NCBI RefSeq assembly: GCF_902459465.1 | Contig: NC_047071.1 | Span: 5,394,001 to 5,458,000, forward strand | Direction of reading: 5' to 3' | Origin: Asterias rubens | Lineage: Eukaryota | Length of the DNA stretch: 64,000 bases | Shown here: positions 12,076 to 24,099 of the stretch, piece after piece | Position numbering within the stretch: position 1 is the first letter of the stretch | Layout: every line of letters starts with the position of its first letter | Made by a program: the position numbers and the translations under genes | The notes under the pieces: model-generated | What the model saw: the letters and a program-made list of their open reading frames with translations, nothing else | Told to the model about the DNA's origin: nothing | Databases searched by the model: none

Positions 12076-13139
12076 TATTATTTGAGTCGCGACTACTGTT
12101 TTTCTCTACTCCATTATAATCATGCCCACACGTTGACTACAAAACTAGTCCTGACTACCTGTTTGGTGAAACAGTTGTGTTGCTTACTACTAATCGCAAC
12201 ATAATTAATGTTGCGCTTGCAGCACATTGCGGCACAAATCTTGAGAATCCGTAATTTATCTCGACTAGTGTCGTAGTTGGGTTTGAGGTGCGACTAGTCG
12301 AGTAGTAAATTTCACTAGTCACCTAGGCCTATCATGATGGGAACTTGCATACTGAAAAATCCTGTGCGAATGGGCCCAATATGCTCTGCTCTGGAAGCAA
12401 ATATTCAGTGCTATCAGAAGCAGTGTTTTCTGCGCTTACGTCAAGCGAAATAGACTACTAAGCAGGGATTTATTTTGTTTGTGTGCTTCCAAGCTCGCAC
12501 TTTGTATTCCGTGCTTGCACAGTAAGCAGAAAATGGTGATCGTAAGCGCAGAGTTTGGTGGCCGTTAAGAGTTAAGCGAAATCCACTCGTGCTAAATCAA
12601 ACATCAAACCACTGACCAAATACAAGGAATTTATCCTTTATGTAGTTTTTTGTGACATGACATTGGACTCTTAAATTACTGCATTAAACTCAAGAAACCA
12701 ACAAATCAAACAATCCTGAGTCAAATATTAGTTTTATTTACATTTATTAAACTTTTTAATTGAACTTTTTGAGATAAACATTTCAACTGAACATTTGAAT
12801 AGTAATAACATCTCTAGTATGACAGACCACTCATATTACATACCGCCCTCTAGTGACAGTAAAAAATATTTAATGGAAGACAACAAAAGCAATTTTGTAA
12901 ACGCTTTTTTTCAGCCTGTTCTCCTAAACCATAACTTGAAAAGAGTTATATCATATATCAAATTAAAGACGACTAGGACCTAAGCATAATTCCTCATGTA
13001 ATTTTGTTTTTAAATTCTTGATTAATTAACCACGTGACCCTCATTTGCATATTTAATGGGGAATCTTTGTAACACCATATCTCTAGAAGTTCACGGCAGA
13101 TTCTTACCCTGTTTGTTGGTATAGACTCCTTGGGGACTG

Positions 13140-13520
13140 GAGATTAATTTTGAAAAACCGTGACCTCGAGTTGACCTCTACTTCCGGGTTAACCGGAAGT
13201 GGGACTATATCTCAAGTACTATACAACCGATTTTCAAACTTTTTTCAGTTTTAGACCCCTTGGGCGTTAAAAATAAACTTTGAAAAACCGTGACCTCAAG
13301 TTGACCTCTACTTCCGGTTCAACTGGAAGTGGGACCATATCTCAAGTATTTTACAACCGATTTTCAAACTTTTTTTAGCTTTAGAACCCTTAGGCGTTAA
13401 AAATAAACTTTAAAAAACCGTGACCTCAAGTTGACCTCTACTTCCGGGTTAACCAGAAGTGGCACCATAACTTAAGACACTGTTCAACATTTCAAACTTT
13501 TTTTCAGTTATAGACTCCTT
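13140..13520. repeat. 130-bp tandem repeat x3 (central repeats of the HINE-like family)
   Basis: CCGTGACCTC(G/A)AGTTGACCTCTACTTCCGG at 13158, 13288 and 13418. Confidence 0.85.
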
Positions 13521-13649
13521 GGTAATTTTAGCACATAATCCGAGCAACAGAACATGGAACAGCTTTGTGTTTGTTCACAAACACCTAATGTCTAGTTTAA
13601 ATTTGTGTTTTTAACTTAGTCTTTTGTAAAATTACTGTTTGTGCTTGTT

Positions 13650-13900
13650 TATAAATGGTGTCAGAAGAATATTCCATAATTCTGCTGCCGCTGCTGTTGC
13701 AAGAGCTCTTGCCCCATAACAATTAGTGAAAGTTGAGGTGAACAGAAGAGAACTGGATTTATAGCGGAGATTACAAACTTGAATGATGCTATTCTTGGAT
13801 GAGTTCTCTGAGATAACAGGGCCCAAACTTTGTAAATATAAGAACGTCACCAATCTAGCAGCCGTGTTTTGGATTCTTTGAAGCGTGTTAATGTATCAGG
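13650..13900 (-). pseudogene. Decayed L2/CR1-type LINE 3' fragment
   Basis: Minus translation QRIQNTAARLVT...LRYKSSSLLF..YGARALATAAAAELWNIL resembles the post-RT C-terminus of L2 ORF2 (QNAAARLV...GxRAFSxAAPxLWN). Confidence 0.55.
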
Positions 13901-14121
13901 ATGTCCATTTACAAAATGCTATACAAAAATCAATGCGTGTTATTACATGTGCATTGACGGAGAACGAAAGTAATTAGGGTAGGAAGGTTGCTGGAAGGTA
14001 GGCTTACAGTTTGAGTGCAACTCAACTAGAGATAACTAAGAGAGCGGTAGAAAAAACATACTTCAACAGCGAATTCCAAGTCTTCTTGGGAAAAAAGGCT
14101 TTAATATCAGTGAGTTATTAA

Positions 14122-14448
14122 AGGCAGTGGACACTCTCAAAATAATTATTAGCACAAAACCTTGCTTGGTAATGAGTAATGGGGAGAGGTTGATAGTAAA
14201 ATACATCGTGAGAAACGGCGGGCTCCCTCTGAAGGGACGTAGTTTTAGAGAAAGAAGTAATTTTCAGCGAATTTGATTTCAAGACCAAAGATTTACAATT
14301 TGAGGTCTTGAAATCAAGCATCTGAAAGCACACAACTTCGTGTGACACAGTGTCTTTTCTTTCTCATTATTATCTCGCAACTTCGTTGACAAATTGAGCT
14401 CGTCAAGAACGTCTGGTCTTTGACAATTATCAATAGTGTCAAGTTTCT
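14122..14448. mobile_element. TTAA-flanked MITE, family AGGCAGTGGACACT
   Basis: TTAA at 14118-14121 and 14449-14452. Reverse-orientation homologue of 17084-17445. Confidence 0.8.
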
Positions 14449-14540
14449 TTAAGATTCTGCTCATTTTCTAAAGAGTAACTTCAATCCCAAGCAACATGCC
14501 TGTGATTTTTTCACAGAACTCAGTAAAGTACAGAGTATAC

Positions 14541-14918
14541 GGTGTCTGCCTGTTAATCCAAGGTCCGTTAGTCCGAAGGTTCAATAGGTCGAAGGTTCGA
14601 TAGTCCGAACGCACAAATTTCCCATAACAGGGGGTTCATTAGTCCAAAAGTGAAATAGGGTTTGTACGAACATTTGATGGGATAGTCTGAAGGTTCATTA
14701 GTCCAAAGTTCATTGATACGAATGTTCACTGGTCCGAAGGTTCGGTAGTTCGAATCGACGATAAGGTCAGATAGTCCGAGTCAACGATCGAACCTTAATG
14801 TCCATACACGGACTGTCGGACCTTTGTCAATTTGGACTATCGAACCTTCAGACTATCAAGCCTTCGGACTAACAAACTTTCTGACAAATGAACTTTGGAC
14901 TAACAAGCCTTCCGACTC
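14541..14918. mobile_element. Foldback MITE (15-bp subrepeats) inserted in a SINE-like tail
   Basis: Flanked by the 8-bp direct repeat GAGTATAC (14533-14540, 14919-14926). GTCCGAAGGTTC arrays are inverted between the two halves. Confidence 0.65.
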
Positions 14919-15071
14919 GAGTATACAGTAGTGCTATACTCATCAGTGTAAGGGTGAAACCAAACTTAATTGTCTTTAATAACACGATGCAAATGTATCA
15001 GCTATTAAATCGTTGTGGTACACGCTGGCAAAACATAGGAATAAAACTGCCTCTAGCTACCATGCAAACTC

Positions 15072-15185
15072 GCTGGCCTAGTTGGTAGACACTGCCCAAG
15101 AATTGCAAGTGTCGTAGGTTTGAATTCCACCCAAGTATCATATGCCTGGGATTTGTTCACAGGAGTCGAGGGAAATTAAGTACTG
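15072..15185 (+). mobile_element. Decayed tRNA-derived SINE
   Basis: A-box-like TAGTTGGTAG and B-box-like GGTTTGAATTCC, then TATGCCTG.GATTT..TCACAG tail also seen at ~14495 and ~22680. Confidence 0.55.
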
Positions 15186-15248
15186 AATTTTACCCCTTTG
15201 ACCTCTCTGTGGCACACTGTGGACATACTCCAACATCAGAGAAAATAA

Positions 15249-15938
15249 GTACTTTCCAAAGGACCAAAGAAACAACAGAGTCCTACGGGGAAAGTTCCTT
15301 TTGTTGTCACTTTCCACCCCTCACTTCCTCCCATTCGTAAAATAACCAGTTCTAACCATCATATTCTTCACACATCAGATCGACTTCAACGTGCTGTGCA
15401 GGAAGAACCCATAGTTGCCTACAGACGCCCACCAAGTCTCAGGGATCTCATTGTCCGAGCAGAAGTCCCTCCCATTAATGATGATGTTAATCCCCCTCTA
15501 CCACAGGGAACTTTTAGGTGTTCCAACATCTCCAAATGCATCGTCTGTAGACAACACATCAGGGAATCGGACTCCTTCACCAGTAACACCGGCGGTACCA
15601 CCCATAAGACAAGGGGTCATGTCACCTGCACCACCACTAATCTCATTTATCTCATATCTTGCAGAGTCTGTGGTGTTCAATATATAGGTGAAACAAGAAC
15701 TACATTCAAGAGGCGTTTCTACGGCCACAGATCTACAGTCAAGACCCAAAAGCTAGATACACCTGTAGGTCATCACTTCAATCTTCCTAATCACTCCATT
15801 TCTGACATGATCTTACAGGGCATAGAGGCACTAGGCAACCACAGAGAGACTGTGCGTTTGAGTAGGGAGAAACTCTGGATTAGACGCCTCCAGACCATTC
15901 AACCCCATGGTCTGAACATCCAAGAAGGAAACGACTAA
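15249..15938 (+). pseudogene. 5'-truncated Penelope-like element: linker plus GIY-YIG endonuclease
   Basis: Open frame KVPFVVTFHP...IVAYRRPPSLRDLIVRA...CSNISKCIVC...CTTTNLIYLISCRVCGVQYIGET...GHHFN...REKLWIRRLQTIQPHGLN. No RT domain is present. Confidence 0.9.
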
Positions 15939-16237
15939 TAAACCTTTTGTTTTGCCGTCTCCTTTTTTTTCCCCATAGCCTTTTAGCCTGAGCCTCATTC
16001 ACTAGAATAAATTACTTTTTACCCATCCTCACCACCCTTGATGTTGTCCTTTGTGTTTCCATATTCTTGCTTGTGGCCAAGCCAGCCCCTTCCCTTCACC
16101 CCCCCCCTTGTTTGTCCCCCTATTCATTGTTTACCCCCTGCTTTTTTATGTATGCTTTCTAACCCCATTCATGTATTTCCACTTCACTGCTTATGTTTCA
16201 CTTAGTTACCTGTTCATGTTTGTTGTGTTGTCATTTA

Positions 16238-16276
16238 GCCTTCGAGAAAGACTCTGCTAGGGTCGAAACGTCAGGC
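16238..16276 (+). ncRNA. Minimal type I hammerhead ribozyme motif in the Penelope terminal repeat
   Basis: GCCT-TCGAGAA-A-GACTCT(GCT)AGGGTC-GAA-ACGT-C-AGGC: stem I GCCT/AGGC, stem II, GAAA core, palindromic stem III, GUC cleavage triplet. Variant core. Confidence 0.65.
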
Positions 16277-17083
16277 CATTAACAATTTTTTGCATCAGAG
16301 AAAATACTAAGAGAAAGAGGGAAGCCAAGTGAAATGAACCATTTAGCAATTCCATAAAATGAAAAAAGTCTTGTCGTGGATGTAAAACAGTCAGTTTTGG
16401 GTTAGAGGATCAATATTTTATCTTTTAAACCTAAGGCAGCTTTTCTAGCATGTGTGGGCTCAATCCTCCCTAAATTCTTTTGGTAAGTTATCACACACAA
16501 AATTGATTGAATGCATAAGTTAATGCTAGGCCCTATCAGTATGAAGCCATTGTTATTCAGGCCTAAATTGCCCCTTTATAAGGCTGAATGGGTGTTCTAT
16601 AAGGCAGTCGTAAATGGTACACAGTGGTCCATGAAGTACACTCAATTAGGGGTAATAAATTTGTATGGATAAGCTTTAAACCCTTTTATGAGAGCTCCTG
16701 AACAGGTGATTAAGTTGAACAATCTGTAGAAAGCCCATTGTTGTGTAGCAGGCTTCTATTAAACCCTTGCTTCTAAGAAGACTGGCTCCATATGAAACAA
16801 ATCTCCTGGTTGTTAATTTTAGTTTTAACCATAAACTAATGTGAGTAACAGTTGTTTACTCAGTGACTGCTTTATATTCCCACACCCCCACGTTCTCACA
16901 CCCCTTCCCATTGCCTTTATCCTAATACACCCTCATGTTCTGAGAACATGCATTATCAGTTCCTTTTAGCCACTATGTTTTAAGGGAACAAAATGTGCGA
17001 TCAGCTGGTACGCACCAGCCCCTGTAATAGCTTTATTCTTGGTGTGTGCGTTTGCTCGCATGGTGTTAAAAACTACCATTTAA

Positions 17084-17445
17084 AGACAGTGTACACTATT
17101 GGTAATTATCAATGACCAGTCTTCTCACTTGGTGTATCTCAACATATGCACAAAATAACAAACCTGTGAAAATTTGAGCTCGATCGGTCGTTCGGAGTTG
17201 CGATATAACTATGAAAGAAAAAACACCCTTGTCACACGAAGTTGTGTGCTTTCAGATGCTTGATTTCGGGACCTCAAATTCTAAACTTGAGGTCTCGAAA
17301 TCAACTTTGTGGAAAATTACTTCTTTTTCGAAAACTACTCCACTTCATAATGTTTTATACTACCAACCTCTCCCCATTACTCGTCACCAAGTAAGGTTTT
17401 GTGCTAATAATTATTTTGAGTAATTACCAATAGTGTCCACTGCCT
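17084..17445. mobile_element. TTAA-flanked MITE with 24-bp TIRs
   Basis: TTAA at 17080-17083 and 17446-17449; AGACAGTGTACACTATTGGTAATT / AATTACCAATAGTGTCCACTGCCT (2 mismatches). Confidence 0.85.
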
Positions 17446-17789
17446 TTAAGCAGTCTCTTAATACTTAAAAAGGTCGCCAGTCCTAAATTGTACATATTGC
17501 AAGCTTACTGGAGTGAATTTGATAACATTACTTTTGAAAGTAGTGAATACAAATTATGCTTTTGAATGGTTAATGTGTAGTAAGAGAAATGTCTGAATGA
17601 AAAGAACGAAATGCACATTTAAACAAAATTGAGTGCACTTATAGCTAACTGAGTTTCAAGTGCATTATGTGGATATGCATTCCATTTAATCATGTTAATG
17701 AAACTGAATGAAGTTTTTCGAAACTGGCAAATAACTTGTCAACACAATCATGTAGGGTGTTGCAACATAGTGGCCGGTGTCGAACGGTG

Positions 17790-18050
17790 GACTGAGCCAA
17801 TCTGAGTCTTTTAGTATTTTGGAAACACTGGAGTTTGTGTATTTTTGTCAGCCACTCTGAGTTTTTGGTGTTTTGGGGAAACTGGACTGCGTGGTATTTT
17901 TGTGAGCCAATCTGATTTTTTTTTTTGTATTTTGGGAACATTTACTTTGGTGTATTTGTGTCAGTCAATCTGAGTTTGTTGGTATTTTGGGAACACTTAC
18001 TTTGGTGGTATTTTGTCTGCCAATCTGAGTTTTGGTATTTTTGGAACACT
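17790..18050 (+). repeat. ~45-55-bp minisatellite (CCAATCTGAG...TTTTGGGAACACT)
   Basis: About 6 degenerate units; reverse complement of the array at 24100-24650. Confidence 0.7.
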
Positions 18051-18059
18051 GGACTCATG

Positions 18060-18530
18060 CACAAATTCTTCATGCCTATATACTGTATCCCTGACCACGC
18101 AACAACATTGGCAAGAACTTATTCACAAACGTCGACCTTCTAAAAACTTCCAACCCCCCAATCACAATCTCTTCTTGGCAGCAGCTTCAACTAAAAACGG
18201 CCAACAAGCATTGTCTACGCCTTCTCCTACTCTTTGGAAAAACTCCCCCGCAACATCAAAGACGCACAAAGTCTGGATCAATTCAAATGACTTCTCGAAA
18301 CTCATTTGCTAAACTCTAACTAATTTTGTAGCTTGTTCTCTGTTTACCTTGTACAGCGAATCTGAACTAACATAAATTTGGATTTCTCGTGAAATGCACT
18401 TTATAATGAGACTGGTTTACTAATATGTTTATTATTATAAACATTATTATTATTAGTATTATTATTACCATTATTATTATTACTATTATCGATGTAAAAG
18501 GGTAAACAAAAACAAATTATTATTATTTAT
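18060..18530 (+). pseudogene. Decayed L2/CR1-type LINE 3' end with (ATT)n-rich tail
   Basis: Frameshifted GQQALSTPSPTLW / LPRNIKDAQSLDQFK*LLETHL resembles an L2 C-terminus, followed by TTA-rich simple sequence. Confidence 0.55.
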
Positions 18531-21500
18531 CACAATAAAATTTGTACAAAATCGCCTGGTTGTTATTTCCAAACTAGCGTTGAACTGTTTGATGTGTATC
18601 TGAGTAAGGTACACAGAGTGTGATTTGTGTTGTCACTGCATGTTTTTTTATTAGAGGGTTTTTAATATTCATTCAAACAATACAAACGGACATCTATGAA
18701 TGCAATCGATTAAACAACTTTGAAACAATTTTGGACAGGGTGCGTCTTATCACTGTGTTCATACATTCATCCTACTACATGCACAAGAACTGTTATGTGA
18801 TAAATATTCAGTATACTGGCCTTCATGTATTTGTATTTGTTTGTTTATTTGTTTTTTGATAAATCGTTTTTGATTTTAAAATCAAACTTTGGATAGTTTA
18901 TTTTTGTAGGTCTATGTGTTTGTTTTGTTTTCTAACCATTTTCATAAACTTACACAGTTTGAAGATTATGATAGTAGAAAGCTTCCCTTGAACTTTTAGT
19001 TGCGGAGGTGCTGTAGTTTTGAGAAATCAGTAAACAATGTCCTAAAATTTGCTTTTTCATACTAAAACAATTTTGTCTCATACCACTGAGGTGTTGTAGT
19101 TTTTTACAAATGAGTAAAACAAATAATTTTCTTCTAAGTTTTAGCATGTAAAAACGTATTGACCAGTTATGCTATGGTTTTGGTATCACTAACTGGTTAA
19201 TGGGAATTTACATCCTAAAATAATTTTCATCTTCCTGAGACAAAATAGCTTTGTGTGACTCGTTTTACTCATTTCTCAAAAACTCCACAACCTCAGTTAG
19301 TAATATTTGAAGGGTTAGCTTTCCACTATCATCTTCAAACTCTGTAAGTTTAATGTTACCATGTGGACATTTTGAGAGTTGCCCAAAACTTCTGCCTCAA
19401 TGGAGTATACAACTACTAAGATGGTGGTCCATTACACAGAACATAGAACAATTAGTTTGGGGTTATGAGGATAAATATTTTATCTTTTAAACCTAAGGCA
19501 GCTTTTCTAGCATGTGTGGGCTCAATCCTCCCTAAATTCTTTTGGTAAGTTATCACACACAAAATTGATTGAATGCATAAGTTAATGCTAGGCCCTATCA
19601 GTATGAAGCCATTGTTATTCAGGCCTAAATTGCCCCTTTATAAGGCTGAATGGGTGTTCTATAAGGCAGTCGTAAATGGTACACAGTGGTCCATGAAGTA
19701 CACTCAATTAGGGGTAATACATTTTTACGGATTAGCTTGGTTTTAAAACCAATGGAGGAAGAAATAGCCCTTTCATAAAAGCTCCTGAACATTGATGGTG
19801 TGTGTCCTTGCTCTTAAAAAGCAGACAGCTTAAGATTCTGACTGATAATTAAACCCCATGTTTCTATGAAAACTGGCTCCATAGGGAAATAATCACCTGG
19901 TTGTTATTTCTAAACTGTGTTGAGCTGTTTGATGTGTGAAACCAAGGTTGTCCATGTTTTTGCAAAGGGTTTCATCCATTCCATTTTGTCCATAAACTGA
20001 GTTGGGACTCAAACTCTACCTTCAAGAAAACTTCCCATCCCCAATTATATTTTCTCAGTCTTGTTAATTTGGAATTACAAAAGCACTACATGTGTGATGT
20101 GATGATCAGTTTGGATGTACTGTAAATATCAAAACAATAGATCTATGTTTCATCCAAAAAAATGTTTGTTTGTTCTATCTACATGTGTTGTCTTTTCTGG
20201 TTGATCCATTTTTTTATACAAAATTTGCTGCCAGGCCCTTTCGGGGAATTTTATTGAATTTTCTAAAGATTTTATAGATATTCAGATTGTATTTGATGTG
20301 CTATTTTCAAAATTTTTGTGCCGTTTTTGTCCTTGTACCATTTTGGAGCCTTTGTTACTTTTATTGTCTGGATCACCTTTAGATAGTGATTATTTTCGCT
20401 TTTTGGTTATCCGCAGGCTTGTTCTCTGTGTAGTCAAATTTTTTATTGCCTATTCTTTGTATATAGTGTTTGCCTGGAAATATATAAATAAAAATAAATA
20501 ATAAATACTAATAGGCTTATATTCCAACACCCCATAAGTCATGTATGTTCTGACACCCAAATTCTGACACCCCTATGCTCTGCACGCACCCCCATGTAGT
20601 GGGTGTCTCGTTTAGCTTTCCTGGGTCGACCCCAGTGTGTGGCGTTTTTTTTCCCAGGACGAACGTGTGCAGATAATTACCCACGTTTGTCCTGGAAAAA
20701 AAACACGCCACACACCGGAGCTAAACGAACGCACCCATTATGTTCTAACACCCCTATCCCTTCACAACTCCCTCCTAGGCCATGTTCGGACACCCCTATT
20801 TTCGGACACATACTCGGACACGGGTTGTTCTAAAACCCCCTCGACCCACGACTCTTCGACGTCTGCCCTGTATTCGAAGCATGTCCCAACTAGGAATTCA
20901 TAAACGGCCTTAGAACTCACAGTGTGTGATATAAAGAACAGGCAACGCAACTTCCTAAAATCCAAATCAATGTAAAATTCTGTGCCAACACCAAAATTTC
21001 GAAAAGAAATGGTCTGCATATTTTCACCAGGACAAATATGAGGCCACTTGGCAAAAAATTTGAGTATTTACTCCGCTTCCACACATCACGTGCACACCAA
21101 TCTTGCCCTTGTTGGCCGTACAGGCGGTATGAGCAGTAGGCCCTGAGTGGCCGGGGGTGTGTGGAAGACAACGTGGGCCATTTGATCGGTCTGGTCTCCA
21201 ACCTCGAGCTACGCATCTATCAAGTAATACACGTGACCGGAGCCCGCAAATGTACTCGGGCGGTAAATGCAGGTTCCCAGCTGGGATATAATCTTTATTC
21301 AGGCTCGGGTCGGCCAAGAGATACGCGTTGTAATTGCGCGCTTCTTTTTATATCAACATTGCCACAGGTCCCCATCTCAGCCAATCACGCGCAGTTTTCT
21401 TCGTGCTTACCATGTGTGTACTTTATGGTGTGTGTTGTATGCTGTGTGATGTGCGGATGCATGGTAATGTATGAAGTCTAAGTCAACTTCAGCATACAAT

Positions 21501-22120
21501 TGTGTGCGTGATTGGCTGAGATTGTGAACAGCACTGGCAATTTCGGTGTACAGGAAAAAAGATGTACAAAAGTCGAGTGGGTCGTGCGTCGGGGGGGTCG
21601 AGGCATTTTAGACACTCATGAGACGTTCAGACACTCCCCACATTCTGACAATTCTAAGTTCCAACACCCCTAATGTTAACACCCTTAAAGTCTTGTCTTT
21701 GGACTCCCATAAATATCCTCTGTATTCGGACACCCAAATATTCCGACACAATATTTTTGGGACATTATTACTTTGTTTTGGACGGTAATAAAAATAAAAC
21801 TTGTACTACAGGTTTCCCATAATGTAAGTTGTAAGTCTTGTTTTATTGCATTCAAATTGTGTGCATACATGATTTCGTTCTTCTAATTTATTCATATTTT
21901 CCATGTTGACCATTCCGTAGTTATTGCTCCAGATAGGTAAGCTGATGGCAATAGCTAATTTTTCAGCACTTGTTCTTTATCATCCAAATCTTCACAACAT
22001 TCCCCCGTGTCTTTGTAAGCGTTGATAACAAATTCAGAACATTCACAAGTCAATTTAGGAAGCGCTTTCTAAATTTCAGCAAATGTTGTGAATGATTTGG
22101 GGGTTGAACAAAGAAAAATT

Positions 22121-22191
22121 GACTAGAGCGGGATATGAACCAACGACCTCCGGTTTAATGTGCCGGCGCTCTACCAACTGAGCTATCTAGC
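22121..22191 (-). mobile_element. tRNA-derived SINE-like region
   Basis: GCTAGATAGCTCAGTTGGTAGAGCGCCGGCACATTAAACCGGAGGTCGTTGGTTCATATCCCGCTCTAGTC: D-arm and A/B boxes present; anticodon loop non-canonical. Confidence 0.65.
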
Positions 22192-24099
22192 CCCATGTTG
22201 GTGGTCTGCCAATTTTGTCAATAGCTTTGTTCGGGGGGTGCCTGTCAGAAGCCATTCAACCACAAACTGCCGTGTAGCCAGGGATCACACCCAGGTAACG
22301 ATACAACCTGGGAAGCGGCAGACAGATGATCACCTTAAGGTTGTGAAAGACGGTCAAATGTTGTGAAGACGGTCATTCACAGAAATTTTTGCAAACATTG
22401 GTTAGCCATTAGTAACATTGGTAAAGCGTTGGCATTCCGTCGTATGCTATTCCTAAGGCATTGGTAAGCATTCTCAATATATTCGTGATGAGAGGTTGAC
22501 GGACGACCAAGGACAACCAAAAATAAAATTCAATAGGCCTATTCAATCGCAACTTTTTGGCAAATTCACTGCGGAATTAAATAAACCATATTCGCAAGAA
22601 TATTAGCCACAGTGTGAGAGCAGCATCAGACACTGCTCTACAAATTGCATTGGTCAAGGGCTGGAATCCCACCAGAGTATTATGCCTAATGATTGTTTTC
22701 ACAGGACTTTTGAAATTACTGAGTATAAACACAAAAGTAGAGTGCTACATTTGTAACACACACCGTTGTAAGGGGGACAAAAGATAATCCCAATGCAAAT
22801 CTTAAAAATCTTCTGGTTTGAAATTACTGAGTATAAAGTACAATAGAGTGCTACATTTGTAACACAAACTAGTGCAAGGGGGACAAATGATAATAGTTAT
22901 ATCCCAATGCAAATCTTACCAAATCTTCTGGGCCAGTTGTTATTTCTAAAGTAGTGTTGAACTGTTTGTTGTGTATCTGAGTAAGGAACACGAAGTTTTG
23001 TAACGGTTTTGGACAAATGTTTTCAAAACTGAAAGGAGAGTTGCCCAAAACCCCTGCCTCCGTGGAGGGCTAGTGTGGCATGGCTGTACAAATGATGGTG
23101 GCCCATTACAAAGAACATGTAGAACAATTAGTTTTGCTAAGGCAGTTTTGCTAGCATGTGTGGGTTCAATCCTCCCCAAATCCTTAAAGTGATGTTAATT
23201 TATCACACACAAAATTAATTGAAAGTACATGTTTGTATTGAATTTATAAGTAAATGCTTGGCTCTATCAGTATGAAGCCAAATTGTTATCCAGGCCTAGA
23301 TTGCCCCTGTAAGGCTGAATGAGCATTCACTTCTATAAGGCAGTTGCAAATCACAGTGGCCCATGAAGCACACTCAATTAGGGGTAATAAACTTGTAATG
23401 ATTAGCTTGGAGCTCCTAAACTTTGATGACATTGGTGGTGTGTGTGTACTTGCTCTTAAAAAAGTAGACAACTTAAGAATCTGACTCATAATTAAACCCC
23501 ATATTTCTAAGAAGACTGGCTCCAGAAGAAACTAATCTCCTGGTTGTTATTTCTAAACTGTGTTGAGCTGTTTGATGTGTTTCTCTGATTGCTATTGTAA
23601 GTGTATGTTTATGCAGAGAAGGCTTTCATCCGTCCCCTCATTGAGTTCCTTCTGTTCTGAGTTGGGACTCAACTGTTCTGCCATCAAAAACCTTTCTTTT
23701 TCCTAGTTCCCCTTTCTTGTTTTTTTTAAATACAGTAGCACTGCATGATAAATGAGTATCTTTCTTCAACTGATTAGTTTGTTTATTGTAAAGAATAATC
23801 AAACCAAGGTGAGGGGGGTGGGGGGTCTTCGCACATTGGGCACTCAAACATTTTGTGCCATGTTTTGTACAATGGGCAGTTATAGATGTCTTATTAACTC
23901 ACTTGGTTGTTTGAATTCGTTTTGCTGATTGTTTAAGTTTTTAATTGTTTTGTCAAACAAATCATGGATTAAAGCATTTTCAATATAAACTGTTGACCTG
24001 ATGCATTTATTCTAGTTTTCTGACATAAAAATTAGAGTTTATAAAAATACCCAAAACTAAGGTTGGCAGGCAAGTCAAAAAGTTAAGTGTTCCCACAAT

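Larger units (their letters stand above)
16380..23700. repeat. Dispersed copies of a ~600-bp unit (about 16.38-16.83, 18.55-20.04 and 22.93-23.70 kb)
   Basis: ~260 bp near-identical at ~16400-16660 and ~19460-19720; a diverged third copy at ~23140-23580; motif GTTGTTATTTCTAAA..GTTGA.CTGTTTG.TGTGT at ~18560, 19900, 22935 and 23540. Confidence 0.75.

Noticed and set aside
16400-16500. Apparent 47-bp exon (AG|GCAGC...TTTTG|GTAAGT) in the repeated 600-bp unit, or a decayed coding origin
   Set aside because: The donor is absent in the third copy and no reading frame is shared by all copies on either strand.
22121-22191. Possible tRNA gene
   Set aside because: Anticodon loop lacks U33, stems have mismatches, and it is embedded in repeat-like sequence; treated as SINE-derived.
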